Source of the DNA: an uncultured Clostridia bacterium
GTDB taxonomy: Bacteria > Bacillota > Clostridia > TANB77 > CAG-508
Length of the DNA stretch: 64,000 bases
Assembly: GCA_947642355.1 (NCBI GenBank)
Contig: CANRSD010000002.1
Span: 3,407-67,406, forward strand
Direction of reading: 5' to 3'
The notes under the pieces were generated by a model. The model had not been told where the DNA came from and did not search any database. It saw nothing but the letters and a program-made list of their open reading frames with translations. The translations under genes were made by a program, and so were the position numbers. Shown here piece after piece: positions 19,214-29,267 of this stretch; the first letter of the stretch is position 1, and each line of letters opens with the position of its first letter.

Positions 19214-19342
19214 ATGCCAGAAAATAGAGGTTGTGGATGTGGTTTATTTGATAACGAATGCATCTGGATTATTCTTATTTTAATACTTTTATTCTGTTGT
19301 TGTGGTAACAATGGATGTGGTAACAGAGGTGGATGTTGCTAA
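19214..19342 (+). CDS. Cys/Gly-rich small membrane peptide (42 aa), YjcZ-like
   Basis: Not in the ORF track (too short). AAAAGGAGGG RBS, then MPENRGCGCGLFDNECIWIILILILLFCCCGNNGCGNRGGCC, followed by a strong hairpin. Confidence 0.5.
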   Translation: MPENRGCGCGLFDNECIWIILILILLFCCCGNNGCGNRGGCC

Positions 19343-19365
19343 TTAAATTTTAGTATTACACAAAA

Positions 19366-19390
19366 AAGAGGGCTTTTTCAAAGCCCTCTT
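19366..19390. terminator. bidirectional hairpin between the micropeptide gene and ispG
   Basis: AAGAGGGCTTT-TTC-AAAGCCCTCTT. Confidence 0.65.
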
Positions 19391-19401
19391 AAAATATGTA
19401 A

Positions 19402-20457
19402 TTAAATCATTTTTATTATTTCTTCTTTTAACTCTTTTAACATATCTTCTTCTTTAACTTTTCTTATTATTTCACCTTTTTTAAATAATAAGCCTTCATT
19501 TTTTCCTCCAGCAATTCCAATGTCAGCTTCTCTAGCTTCTCCAGGACCATTTACCGCACATCCCATTATAGCTACTGTTATATTAGATTCAATTCCTTGC
19601 AAAAACTTCTCAATTTCTTTTGCAATAGGTATCATGTCATATTGTATTCTTCCACATGTTGGACATGATACCAAATTTGGAGTTTTATCATACAATTTAC
19701 AATTTTTTAAAATTTCTTTACATACTAAAATTTCCTCTACTGGATTATCTGACAATGACACTCTTAAAGTATCTCCTATTCCTTGTCTTAATAAAACTCC
19801 TAATCCAATACTTGATTTTATTGTTCCTCCAAATGCTGTACCAGCTTCTGTAATTCCTAAATGAAGTGGATATTTAAACTCTTCTGCTGCTTTTTCATAT
19901 GCTTCTATACACATATCTAAATTTGACGCTTTTAGAGCAATTGCAATATCATAAAATTCCATTTTTTCTAGTATTTCTATATGATGTCTAGCACTTTCTA
20001 TCATTGCCTCACTACAAGGCTTACCATACTTTTCTAATAACTCCTTTTCTAAAGATCCACCATTTACTCCTATTCTTATTGGTATATGATTTTTTTTACA
20101 AGCCTCTACTACCATTTTTGTTTTCTCTTCATCTCCAATATTTCCTGGATTTATACGTATTTTATCTACTCCATTTTCTATTACTTCTAATGCTATCTTA
20201 TAGTCAAAATGTATGTCCGCAATAATTGGAATATTTATTTTACTTTTTATTTCTTTAATAGCTTTAGCATCTTCTATATCTACACAAGCTACTCTAATTA
20301 TTTCACAACCTACTTTCTCTAATTCTAAAATTTGATTTACTGTTGATTTAATATCTTTAGTCAAAGTATTACACATAGATTGAATTATTACTTTATTTTG
20401 TCCTCCAATTTGTACATCTCCTACATAAATTGGTCTTGTTTCATTTCTTTTATACAT
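19402..20457 (-). CDS. ispG: 4-hydroxy-3-methylbut-2-en-1-yl diphosphate synthase
   Basis: 351 aa. Has the ...IQSMCNT..., ...VSCPTCGR... and ...[12 protein letters not shown]... motifs of GcpE/IspG. Confidence 0.9.
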   Translation of the reverse strand: MYKRNETRPIYVGDVQIGGQNKVIIQSMCNTLTKDIKSTVNQILELEKVGCEIIRVACVDIEDAKAIKEIKSKINIPIIADIHFDYKIALEVIENGVDKIRINPGNIGDEEKTKMVVEACKKNHIPIRIGVNGGSLEKELLEKYGKPCSEAMIESARHHIEILEKMEFYDIAIALKASNLDMCIEAYEKAAEEFKYPLHLGITEAGTAFGGTIKSSIGLGVLLRQGIGDTLRVSLSDNPVEEILVCKEILKNCKLYDKTPNLVSCPTCGRIQYDMIPIAKEIEKFLQGIESNITVAIMGCAVNGPGEAREADIGIAGGKNEGLLFKKGEIIRKVKEEDMLKELKEEIIKMI

Positions 20458-20484
20458 ATTTTATTAGCTCCTTTAAAGATTACT

Positions 20485-20512
20485 GGGCAAGACTTACAGC
20501 TATGTCTTGCCC
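20485..20512 (-). terminator. GC-rich hairpin downstream of ORF 20537-20824
   Basis: GGGCAAGAC-N10-GTCTTGCCC. No clear U-run on the minus strand. Confidence 0.4.
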
Positions 20513-20536
20513 ATTTCCATTTTTCAGAATTACCCC

Positions 20537-20824
20537 TTATAAAGCCCGAAAATAGCTATCATTATCTGTATGAACCAGCATAACAATATCACCTTCCTTG
20601 GCTTCTTTCCAAGCCCATTCAAACGCTCCAGGAGCTTTTGAACTCCAGTTTCCTGTAATGCCAATTATAGATGGCGTTTGTGCCCATCTTACAGAAAATA
20701 TTTCATTTGACATTTCGGCTTTAAGCTTAGCTCGGATAATCCTAGAAGAACATTCTTTCAGCTCCTCTTTTTCAATTTCAATAATCCGGGCTATCCTTCT
20801 CGTAGTTTCATAATTTCTTTTCAT
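20537..20824 (-). CDS. hypothetical protein (95 aa) in a GC-richer cassette
   Basis: ORF with a GGAGGG RBS. Two in-frame CGG codons (20786-20788, 20546-20548) read as Arg. Inserted between ispG and the ROK kinase gene. Confidence 0.55.
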   Translation of the reverse strand: MKRNYETTRRIARIIEIEKEELKECSSRIIRAKLKAEMSNEIFSVRWAQTPSIIGITGNWSSKAPGAFEWAWKEAKEGDIVMLVHTDNDSYFRAL

Positions 20825-20856
20825 ATGTTGCCCTCCTTATAAATCTTGATAGAAAT

Positions 20857-20885
20857 ATTATATCACTTTAAAAAACATATTTCAA
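20857..20885 (-). promoter_or_regulatory. consensus-like promoter TTGAAA-17-TATAAT for ORF 20537-20824
   Basis: Minus strand TTGAAAtatgttttttaaagtgaTATAAT. Confidence 0.55.
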
Positions 20886-20891
20886 CAAAAT

Positions 20892-21738
20892 TTATATATA
20901 TCCTAATAAAGCTGCTCCTATTATTCCAGAATCGTTTTTATATTTTGCAATATGTATATTTAATTCAAGTAATTTATCTCGTATATCTTCTATAAAATAC
21001 TTAGTATGTTCTGTTATTCCGCCTCCTATAACAATATCTTTTATATTATAATACTTTTCTATTTCTTTTAATCCATTTATTAAATCATTAATATAATTTT
21101 TTAAAATATTTTTAGCTTCTATATCCCCTTTTTCTATACCGATTAAATATTGCACCTCTTGGAAAATCTTTTCTTTTTGTATTATTATATATTTGAGACA
21201 AATTACTAAAACTTTTTATATATTTAACTTTAAATGAACTCTTATTAATTTTAATTATATTCCATACAATTTCATCAATACATTTATAATCTTTTATGTA
21301 AGCTACACCTAAATTAGTTCCTAATGTAATCATTAAAAATTCATTTAAACCACTTAAATAGCTCTCACTATAACCTGCACAAGAACAGTCATTTTCTACA
21401 AATACTTTTGTATTATATTTTTCTAATGCTTTTCTAAAATTAATTCTATTTAAATTCATTTCAGAAGAACCTAGAAATATTCCATTTTGTCTATCTATAC
21501 CTCCTGGACATCCAAGACCAATAGATTCTATATTATTTATATTTATATTATATTGCTTTATTAATTTATCTATCAAATTAATAATAAAATCAACAAAATA
21601 TTTTGTTGAAACATTTATATCTAATTTTGTATCCATTTTATTAAGTACATATATTTTATTTTCCAATTTTTTTATATCATCATTATATAAACCACATGCA
21701 ATATGGCTTGCTCCAATATCTATTCCTATACTTTTCAT
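20892..21738 (-). CDS. ROK-family sugar kinase; one +1 recoding site
   Basis: N-terminus MKSIGIDIGASHIACGLY. Pieces join at CGG 21139-21141 (GAIFN-G-IEKGDIEAKNIL...VIGGGITEHT). Confidence 0.75.
21139..21141 (-). other. +1 recoding site AAT C GGT (ROK kinase)
   Basis: AIFN-G-IEKGDIEAK. Confidence 0.8.
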
Positions 21739-21809
21739 CCCAACTTTTCCTCTTTTAAACTCTATATATAATTATAGTTTAATTATATTTGTTTAATCAA
21801 TGGAAAAAT

Positions 21810-22700
21810 TTAGATTACAATATCTCTTTTCAATAAATTATTACTTACAATTCCTAATCCAATATATTTCTTATTTTCAGAATAAATATTATATATTCCA
21901 TCTTCTAATTCAAATGTAAGCTTAACTCCATTTAAAAATAAATCTTCTTTTCTTTTGTTCAAACTTATTTTAGACAAATGAGAAAATAAGTTTTCCATTT
22001 TAATAATATTTTTGTTTAAAAAATCTTGATTATCTTTATTTTCTTCTAAAGTTTCAAAATCAATTGCATCCTCTAACTTAAATTTATCTACTATTGTTCT
22101 TTTTAAAAAACTCATATATCCTACTGTACCTAAATTTTTAGCTATATCCTCACATAATGTTCTAATATATGTACCTTTTGAACAACTTACTTCTATTTCT
22201 ACATCTTGATTTTCTTTATCAAAATTTAACAAATTTAACTTATATATTTCAATTTCTCTAATTGGAATTTTTACTTCTATACCTTCTCGTGCATACTCAT
22301 ATAGTTTTTTTCCATTAACTTTTATTGCTGAATAAATTGGCGGAATTTGAGTTTGTTTTCCTATAAAACTTTCTAGCACTTTTAATATATCTTTTTTATT
22401 TTCTATCTTTACATTTGAAGTTTCTATTGTATTTCCTTCACTATCTCCTGTATCCTTTTTTTCTCCAAATTTTATTCTAGCAATATATGTTTTATCATGT
22501 TCTATTAAATATTTAGATAATTTTGTGCTGTTTCCTAATAATACTGGTAAAACTCCTGTTGCTAAAGGATCTAAAGTACCAGTATGCCCTGCTTTTTTTT
22601 CATTCAAAATCTTTTTAGTTTTTGAAACTACATCTTGTGAAGTAAATCCAATTGGTTTATTTATTATTATTATTCCGTCCATATTTCTCCTTTTAAACAA
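21810..22700 (-). CDS. truB: tRNA pseudouridine(55) synthase
   Basis: DGIIIINKPIGFTSQDVV...GHTGTLDPLATGVLPV motifs. The start may be the internal Met at 22682. Confidence 0.9.
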   Translation of the reverse strand: MFKRRNMDGIIIINKPIGFTSQDVVSKTKKILNEKKAGHTGTLDPLATGVLPVLLGNSTKLSKYLIEHDKTYIARIKFGEKKDTGDSEGNTIETSNVKIENKKDILKVLESFIGKQTQIPPIYSAIKVNGKKLYEYAREGIEVKIPIREIEIYKLNLLNFDKENQDVEIEVSCSKGTYIRTLCEDIAKNLGTVGYMSFLKRTIVDKFKLEDAIDFETLEENKDNQDFLNKNIIKMENLFSHLSKISLNKRKEDLFLNGVKLTFELEDGIYNIYSENKKYIGLGIVSNNLLKRDIVI

Positions 22701-22740
22701 ATATGCGTAAAATTATTAAAAATCTTACGCATAAAAAATT

Positions 22741-23694
22741 CTATTTCAAATGTTTTATTGTTTCTTCAATTACTGCTTTTTTTAAATCTTCTAATTTGGC
22801 ATCTATAAAACATCCAGCTGCTAATTTATGACCTCCACCACCAAATAGCATACAAATATCTGAAACATCTATTCTATTAGATCTAAAAGAAATTTTGAAA
22901 CCATTTTCTCTTTCATGAGCAAAAATTGCAACTTCTACATCCTTTATTGTTACTCCAATGTTTGGAATTCCATCTGTCTCTCCAGGTTTTACATTTAAAG
23001 CTTTCTCATCTTCTTTAGTTATATATGTAAATGTTATCTTTCCATCATCTATTAATTCTAATCTATCTATTGCAAGTTTTTCTGCTTCAAATTGAGATTT
23101 TGTCTTTGTCATCATAGCTTCTTTATATATTTTAGAAACATTTACACCTTTACTTAATGCCCAAGCAGCAAATTCAAATGTTTCTGTTGTAACACTTGAA
23201 AATCTAAATCCTCCTGTATCTGTAATTATTCCAGTTAGTAAACAAATTGCTACATCTTTTGTTATTTCAATATTCATATACGAAAAACTTGATGATAATA
23301 TTTGGCTACACGCTGGTGCTACTGGATTTACTACATTATAATCTCCAAACATTGTATTTTTTAAGTGATGATCAAACTGTACTATAACTTTAGCGTTTTC
23401 AATATAATCTTCATATGATTTACCAACTCGTTTTACATCTGGACAATCTACAACAATAGCCATATCATATCTTTCTAAAGTAGCTTTAGATTTTATTAAA
23501 TCAATATTTGGCAACATTTTGAAATTTGCTGGATATTCTTTAAATAAAACATCTATAGTAGTTTTTCCCATATTTTTAAGTACAGTAGCTACCGCTAAAG
23601 TACTACCCATTGCATCTCCATCTGGATTTTCATGAGCCAAAACAACAAAAGTTTCAGCCTTTTCTATTTCTTTTAAAATTTCATCTAAAGTCAT
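22741..23694 (-). CDS. nrnA: DHH/DHHA1 phosphoesterase (NrnA-type oligoribonuclease/pAp phosphatase)
   Basis: HENPDGDAMGS, DHH and GGGH motifs. Sits in the conserved position after rbfA. Confidence 0.8.
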   Translation of the reverse strand: MTLDEILKEIEKAETFVVLAHENPDGDAMGSTLAVATVLKNMGKTTIDVLFKEYPANFKMLPNIDLIKSKATLERYDMAIVVDCPDVKRVGKSYEDYIENAKVIVQFDHHLKNTMFGDYNVVNPVAPACSQILSSSFSYMNIEITKDVAICLLTGIITDTGGFRFSSVTTETFEFAAWALSKGVNVSKIYKEAMMTKTKSQFEAEKLAIDRLELIDDGKITFTYITKEDEKALNVKPGETDGIPNIGVTIKDVEVAIFAHERENGFKISFRSNRIDVSDICMLFGGGGHKLAAGCFIDAKLEDLKKAVIEETIKHLK

Positions 23695-24038
23695 TATTTA
23701 TTAATCTCCTTTAAAATTTGATCAATTCTTGTTCCGTATTCAATGCTTTCATCAAATTCAAAAACAAGTTCTGGAGTAATTCTTAAATTAATTCTTTTAG
23801 CAATTAGACTTCTAATATGACCACTTGATTTTTTTAATGTAGCTAAATTTTCTTTTTGACTTTTACAACCTATCATACTAACAAAAACTCTTGCATAACG
23901 TAAATCTGGAGTAGTTTTTACTTTTGTTACACTAACTAATCCTGTAATATGTGGATCTTGTAATTCTTGATTGATAATTGTACTTACTTCTTTTTTTATT
24001 TGTTCATCAATCCTGCTCATCCTATTGCTATCTGCCAT
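23694..24038 (-). CDS. rbfA: ribosome-binding factor A
   Basis: 114 aa, in the conserved position downstream of infB. Confidence 0.85.
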   Translation of the reverse strand: MADSNRMSRIDEQIKKEVSTIINQELQDPHITGLVSVTKVKTTPDLRYARVFVSMIGCKSQKENLATLKKSSGHIRSLIAKRINLRITPELVFEFDESIEYGTRIDQILKEINK

Positions 24039-24055
24039 TAAAATATCCTCCTTTT

Positions 24056-24154
24056 AATCTTATATTAAGCTTTTTTAATTTCATATTTGTAATCTTACAT
24101 CAAAGCTTAATATAAGATTACGAGTGAAAAATTTATTTCATAAATTTTTCCCAC
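24056..24154 (-). other. two stem-loops in the infB-rbfA spacer
   Basis: A 17-bp perfect inverted repeat AATCTTATATTAAGCTT / AAGCTTAATATAAGATT (24056-24072, 24103-24119), plus a bulged hairpin GTGAAAAATTTAT...TAAATTTTTCCCAC (24124-24154) directly after the infB stop. Confidence 0.6.
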
Positions 24155-24157
24155 GAA

Positions 24158-26965
24158 TTATTTTACCTCTTCCATAACATAAACTTCTAATGTATCACCC
24201 TCATTAATATCATCAAATTTTTCAACTTGAAGACCACACTCATATCCAGTTGCAACTTCTTTTACATCATCTTTAAATCTCTTAAGTGATACTAATTTTC
24301 CATCATGTATAACTATATTATCTCTAATTACTCTAATTCCAGCATTTCTTGAAACTTTACCAGTTAATACATATGCTCCTGCTATAGTTCCTACATTTGA
24401 AACCTTAAATGTCTGTCTAACTTCTGCAGTACCTATTACAACCTCTTTATATACTGGATCAAGCATTCCTTTCATAGCTGCTTCTATATCATTCATAGCA
24501 TCATATATAACTGAATATGTGTTAATATCAACACCTTCTTTTTCAGCTATATTTTTAGCTATAACTTCTGCTCTAACATTAAATGCTATTATAATCGCAT
24601 TTGAAACTTTGGCTAAATTAACATCTGTTTCAGTAACTCCACCAACGCTTGCGTGTATAACAGATACCTTTACCTCATCATTAGAAAGTTTTACCAAAGA
24701 TTGTTTTAAAGCTTCTACTGACCCCTGAACATCTGCTTTAACAATTAAATTCAATTGTTTTAGATTTTCATTTGCAATTTGAGTAAATACATCATCAAGA
24801 GTAACTATTGTACGTTTTGCAAGTTCTTTCTCTCTTTGTTCACGAATTCTTCTTTCTATTAAATGTTTAGCTGTTTTTTCATCTTTTACTTCATATAAAG
24901 TATCTCCTGATTGAGGTACTGAAGAAAGCCCAGTAATTTCAACTGGTGTAGATGGACCTGCAAATTTTACTTTTTTACCTTTATCATTTTGCATTGTTCT
25001 AATTCTACCAATTGAAGAACCTACAATAACTGTATCTCCGACATCTAATTTTCCTCTTTGAACTAATATAGTTGCAATTGAACCTTTCGCTTTATCCAAT
25101 CTTGCTTCTATAACTGTTCCTTTTGCTTGTTTTGTAGGGTTAGCTTTAAGCTCTAATACATCTGCTTGTAATAATACCATTTCTAATAAATTGTCTATAC
25201 CCATTTTCTTTTTAGCAGAAATTGGCACAAATATTGTATCTCCACCCCATTCTTCTGGAACAACATTATATTTCATCAATTCTTGTTTTACTTTATCTAC
25301 ATTGGCATCAGGCAAATCCATTTTATTTACAGCAACTATTATTGGAATATTAGCAGCTCTTGCATGATCTATTGCTTCTACTGTTTGAGGCATAACTCCA
25401 TCATTTGCAGCAACTACAAGAATTGCTATATCTGTAATCTGAGCACCTCTAGCACGCATACTTGTAAAAGCCTCATGTCCTGGTGTATCTAAAAATGTAA
25501 TATCCCTACCATTTATTGATACTTGATATGCACCTATATGTTGTGTAATTCCTCCTGATTCTCCTTCAATAACATTAGTACTTCTAATTGCATCTAATAA
25601 TGAAGTTTTACCATGATCTACGTGTCCCATAACAACAATTACTGGTGGACGTGGAGCTAAATCATCTGCTGTATCTTCTGTATCATCAATTAATTTATCT
25701 TCATCTGTTACAACATTTTTCTTTATTGCTGTAATTCCATATTCTGCTGCAACTAAATAAGCTGTATCAAAATCAATTTCATTATTTATTGTTACCATCA
25801 TTCCTAAATTTAATAATTTCTTTATAACATCACTACTTGTAATTTTCATTTCCATAGCTAAGTCTTTAACTGTAATATGTTCTGGAATTGTAACCTCAGT
25901 CAATTTAAATATTTTTTGTTTTATTTTATTTTCTTGTTTTGGTTTTTTCTTAGAACGTTTTCCTCTTTCTGTACTTAAATCATAATAATCAAGCATTTCT
26001 CCATCTTCATGGAACATATTTGACAATCTACTATGTTTTTTCAAACTATTTAATTTATCATTATCAATTTCTTCATTATTATTTCTTTTACTACTTTTCT
26101 TATTATTAGCACTTTTAGATTCATCTATTCTATTTTGTTTTTGCTTATCTTTAAATTTATTTGCACCATATTCTCTAACATTTTCTTTTTCTGGCATTTC
26201 TACTTCCATTATATTCTTAATTTTTTTATCAATGCCTCTATCATCTAAACTTCTTTTTCCTCTAGGTTCAAATTTATTATCTTTTCTGTCTTGATTTTGG
26301 AATTTATTCCTTGGAGGTCTAGAATCTTTATTATTGTTATTTTCTTTATTAAATGATGGTTTATTATAATTATTAGTTCTTTGAGGTTTATTATTATTAA
26401 ATTTATTTGAAAAAGTATTTTCATTAGAAATTTCTTTATTTACTTTAGGCTTTGAATTTACATTTTCTTCTAATTTTATTACTTCTTTTACTTCCTCTAC
26501 TACTACTACTTCTTCCTGTTTTATTTCTTCTTTAGGTTTAACTTTTTCTTCCTTTTTCTTAGTATCTTTTTTATTAATACCAAATAGTTCACTAACAGTA
26601 AGTGGTTTAGTAGGTTTATCTCTATAAACTATGTTATAATCTTTTTTTCTATTTTTTTCTATGTTAAAAGAAGATTCTGCTTTTTTAGTTTGTTCTTTTT
26701 TTCTTTGTTCCTCTTTTTTTTCTTCATCATCATTTATTATTACGGCTCTTCTGATGATAACAGGCTCTTCATTCTTTTCCTTTTTGTTATCCATAGATTT
26801 CTTTTTAAATACTCCTTTTAATAATTTCTCTAACATTTTCCCCTCATCTTCTGTAATAGAGCTTAAATGGCTTTTAACTTCAATACCATTTTTATTAGCA
26901 ATCTCTATTATCTGCTTATTTTCTACTCCTAATCGTTTTGCAAGTTCATGAATTTTTATTTTCAT
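24158..26965 (-). CDS. infB: translation initiation factor IF-2
   Basis: 935 aa with GTPase motifs [18 protein letters not shown]. There is no in-frame CGG in the whole gene. Confidence 0.95.
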   Translation of the reverse strand: MKIKIHELAKRLGVENKQIIEIANKNGIEVKSHLSSITEDEGKMLEKLLKGVFKKKSMDNKKEKNEEPVIIRRAVIINDDEEKKEEQRKKEQTKKAESSFNIEKNRKKDYNIVYRDKPTKPLTVSELFGINKKDTKKKEEKVKPKEEIKQEEVVVVEEVKEVIKLEENVNSKPKVNKEISNENTFSNKFNNNKPQRTNNYNKPSFNKENNNNKDSRPPRNKFQNQDRKDNKFEPRGKRSLDDRGIDKKIKNIMEVEMPEKENVREYGANKFKDKQKQNRIDESKSANNKKSSKRNNNEEIDNDKLNSLKKHSRLSNMFHEDGEMLDYYDLSTERGKRSKKKPKQENKIKQKIFKLTEVTIPEHITVKDLAMEMKITSSDVIKKLLNLGMMVTINNEIDFDTAYLVAAEYGITAIKKNVVTDEDKLIDDTEDTADDLAPRPPVIVVMGHVDHGKTSLLDAIRSTNVIEGESGGITQHIGAYQVSINGRDITFLDTPGHEAFTSMRARGAQITDIAILVVAANDGVMPQTVEAIDHARAANIPIIVAVNKMDLPDANVDKVKQELMKYNVVPEEWGGDTIFVPISAKKKMGIDNLLEMVLLQADVLELKANPTKQAKGTVIEARLDKAKGSIATILVQRGKLDVGDTVIVGSSIGRIRTMQNDKGKKVKFAGPSTPVEITGLSSVPQSGDTLYEVKDEKTAKHLIERRIREQREKELAKRTIVTLDDVFTQIANENLKQLNLIVKADVQGSVEALKQSLVKLSNDEVKVSVIHASVGGVTETDVNLAKVSNAIIIAFNVRAEVIAKNIAEKEGVDINTYSVIYDAMNDIEAAMKGMLDPVYKEVVIGTAEVRQTFKVSNVGTIAGAYVLTGKVSRNAGIRVIRDNIVIHDGKLVSLKRFKDDVKEVATGYECGLQVEKFDDINEGDTLEVYVMEEVK

Positions 26966-27257
26966 TTAAACTTCACCCCCATTAATTAATTCTTGGATTT
27001 TATTTGCTATTCCAAAATCTTTAATTCCAATAATAGCCCTATTTCTTTTACCAATAGCATTGCTATTTTCCTCAATATTCCCATAAATTAATAATGGCAC
27101 ATCAAATCTATTACAATAAAATTTCATTTGATTAATTGTTTTCTCTGACGCATCACTTGCCACAATTATTAATTTTATTTGCCTTTTTTTTATTCCTTCT
27201 AAACAAATCTCTGTCCCGTGATACAAGCTTTCCTGCTTTAGCTGAAATACCAAGCAT
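26966..27257 (-). CDS. ylxQ: L7Ae-family RNA-binding protein YlxQ; one +1 recoding site near the N-terminus
   Basis: The frame from ATG 27257 gives MLGISAKAGKLVS then CGG GAC AGA... and a later stop. Skipping the C at CGG 27216-27218 gives G-TEICLEGIKKRQIKLIIVASDAS..., matching the YlxQ pattern LG..A.KAGKLVSG. The listed ORF start at 27262 is a frame artefact. Confidence 0.75.
27216..27218 (-). other. +1 recoding site TCA C GGG (ylxQ)
   Basis: KLVS-G-TEICLEG. This is the only GGG case. Confidence 0.75.
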
Positions 27258-27267
27258 TCCATAGCAT

Positions 27268-27543
27268 TTATTCAATAATTACACCTCTTATACTTTCATA
27301 AAAATCTTGGTTAATACTTTTTTCAAAAACTCTTTCAAGTTTTTTAGTTTTTATAATTTTATTCAAACATTCTTCTTTTTTACAAATATATGCTCCTCTG
27401 CCATTTTTCTTACCTGTTAAATCAATTTCTATAATTCCATCTTTTGATTTTACTATTCTAAGTAATTCATTTTTTTCTTTTTGCTCATTACAAGCTATAC
27501 ATCTTCTTGCTGGCTTCTTTTTTAGCATTTTATTTTTCCTCAC
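27268..27543 (-). CDS. ylxR: YlxR-family (DUF448) RNA-binding protein
   Basis: RRCIACNEQKEKNELLRIV...GRGAYIC motif, between nusA and ylxQ. Confidence 0.85.
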   Translation of the reverse strand: MRKNKMLKKKPARRCIACNEQKEKNELLRIVKSKDGIIEIDLTGKKNGRGAYICKKEECLNKIIKTKKLERVFEKSINQDFYESIRGVIIE

Positions 27544-27549
27544 TTTGGT

Positions 27550-28656
27550 TTATTCTTCATTTTCAGTAGTTTCTTCAGTTTCTTGCATTTCAGATTTAGA
27601 TATTAATTCTCTAATTTGCGATTCTGATTTTATATCAATCTTCCAATTTGTAAGTCTTGCTGCTAATCTTGCATTTTGTCCTGATTTACCAATTGCTAGT
27701 GATAACTGATCATCTGGTACTATAACTTGAGCAAATTTTTCTTCTTCTTTAACATCAACTGCTAAAACTGATGCTGGTAATAAAGATGCTGCAATATATA
27801 TTGATGGTTCTTCACTCCATTCAATAACATCAATTTTCTCTCCATTTAATTCATTTATAATATTTTGAATTCTAACACCTTTTTGTCCAACACAAGAACC
27901 TACTGGATCTATATTTTCATTTTTTGAATATACTGCAACTTTACTTCTATATCCAGGATCTCTAGAAACACTTTTTATTTCTATTAACCCTTCATATATT
28001 TCTGGTATTTCAAATTCAAATAATCTTCTAACAAATTCTGGATGACTTCTTGAAACAATAACTTGTGGATTTCCTTTAGCACCCTTTTCTACATTCATTA
28101 CATATCCTCTAATTTTATCATTAACTTTGTAATGTTCAGTAGGTATTTGCTCTTTTAAAGGCATAACACCTTCTAATTTTCCTAAATCAACTATTATTGT
28201 TCCATTATCTGCTTTTTGTACTAAACCAGAAACTATTTCTCCTTTTTTATCATTATATTCTGTAAAAACTAATTCTCTTTCTGCCTCTCTTATTTTCTGT
28301 ACAACAACCTGTTTAGCTGTTTGTGCTGCAATTCTACCAAAATCCTTTGGCTTAATTTCAACATCAACTGTTTCTCCAATTTCTACATCTGGATTTATTT
28401 TTTTAGCATCTTTTAATCCAATTTCTAGTAATGGATCTTCTGATACTTTTGTTACTTCCATAACTGCATATATATGTATGTCGCCTGTTACTTCATTAAT
28501 TGTTACTTTAACATTATCAACTGAATCAAAATTTTTCTTATATGCAGTAACTAAAGCTGCCTCTAATGATTCAATAAGATAAGATTTTTTTATTCCTCTT
28601 TCTTTTTCTAATTCCTCCATAGCACCAATTAATTCTTTTACATCAACCTGCTTCAT
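27550..28656 (-). CDS. nusA: transcription termination/antitermination factor NusA
   Basis: S1 and KH domain sequence (GEIVSGLVQK..., VGSCVGQKGVRIQ, AIGKSGQNARLA). Start taken at MKQVDVKELI after a GAGGGAGGA RBS. Confidence 0.9.
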   Translation of the reverse strand: MKQVDVKELIGAMEELEKERGIKKSYLIESLEAALVTAYKKNFDSVDNVKVTINEVTGDIHIYAVMEVTKVSEDPLLEIGLKDAKKINPDVEIGETVDVEIKPKDFGRIAAQTAKQVVVQKIREAERELVFTEYNDKKGEIVSGLVQKADNGTIIVDLGKLEGVMPLKEQIPTEHYKVNDKIRGYVMNVEKGAKGNPQVIVSRSHPEFVRRLFEFEIPEIYEGLIEIKSVSRDPGYRSKVAVYSKNENIDPVGSCVGQKGVRIQNIINELNGEKIDVIEWSEEPSIYIAASLLPASVLAVDVKEEEKFAQVIVPDDQLSLAIGKSGQNARLAARLTNWKIDIKSESQIRELISKSEMQETEETTENEE

Positions 28657-28670
28657 TTTTTTAAATTCCT

Positions 28671-29132
28671 CCCTCAAAATCAAATACAGTTTTTGCTGAA
28701 ACTATATCTTTCATATTTAATTTTATTTCTTTTCCTTCAACTTCTATAATAATTTCATTACTAGTATATTCTTTAAGTATTCCAATTAATTCTCTTTTTT
28801 CATCTATTTTCTTATATAAATTAATATGAACTTTTTGTCCGTATATGTGATATAAAATGTTTTTCTTTTCTAAGAAGTCTTTCCAAACCTGGTGAAGATA
28901 CTTCTAAATAATATTGTTCTTTTATTAAATCTTTCTCATCTAAAACATCATTAATAGAATTATTTACCTTTTCACAGTCTTCTATACCTATGCTTCCATT
29001 TTGTTTATCTATTATAATTTTTAAATAAAAGTCCTTCCCCTCTTTTACATAAATAACATCATATAAATCATAACCTAGATTTACTATAATATCATTTAAT
29101 AATTCTTGTACTTTAGTTTCAATATTTGCCAT
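28671..29132 (-). CDS. rimP: ribosome maturation factor RimP; one +1 recoding site
   Basis: MANIETKVQELLNDIIVNLGYDLYDV...EVSSPGLERLLRKEKHFISHI then CGG 28839-28841. Skipping the C gives GQKVHINLYKKIDEKRELIG...VFDFEGGI, ending just before nusA. Confidence 0.85.
28839..28841 (-). other. +1 recoding site ATA C GGA (rimP)
   Basis: FISHI-G-QKVHINLY. Confidence 0.85.
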
Positions 29133-29167
29133 ACAGATATCCCTTCTTAAATACATCACATTATTAA

Positions 29168-29190
29168 AGAGTGGGATTTGTTCCCACTCT
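29168..29190 (-). terminator. hairpin terminator upstream of the rimP operon
   Basis: AGAGTGGGA-loop-TCCCACTCT, with a U-run on the minus strand. Confidence 0.6.
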
Positions 29191-29267
29191 CCTTACAACT
29201 CATCTTGTTTAATACTTTAATATTTTACACCATTAATTAAAATAAATCAAGCATTTTTGATTTTTTT

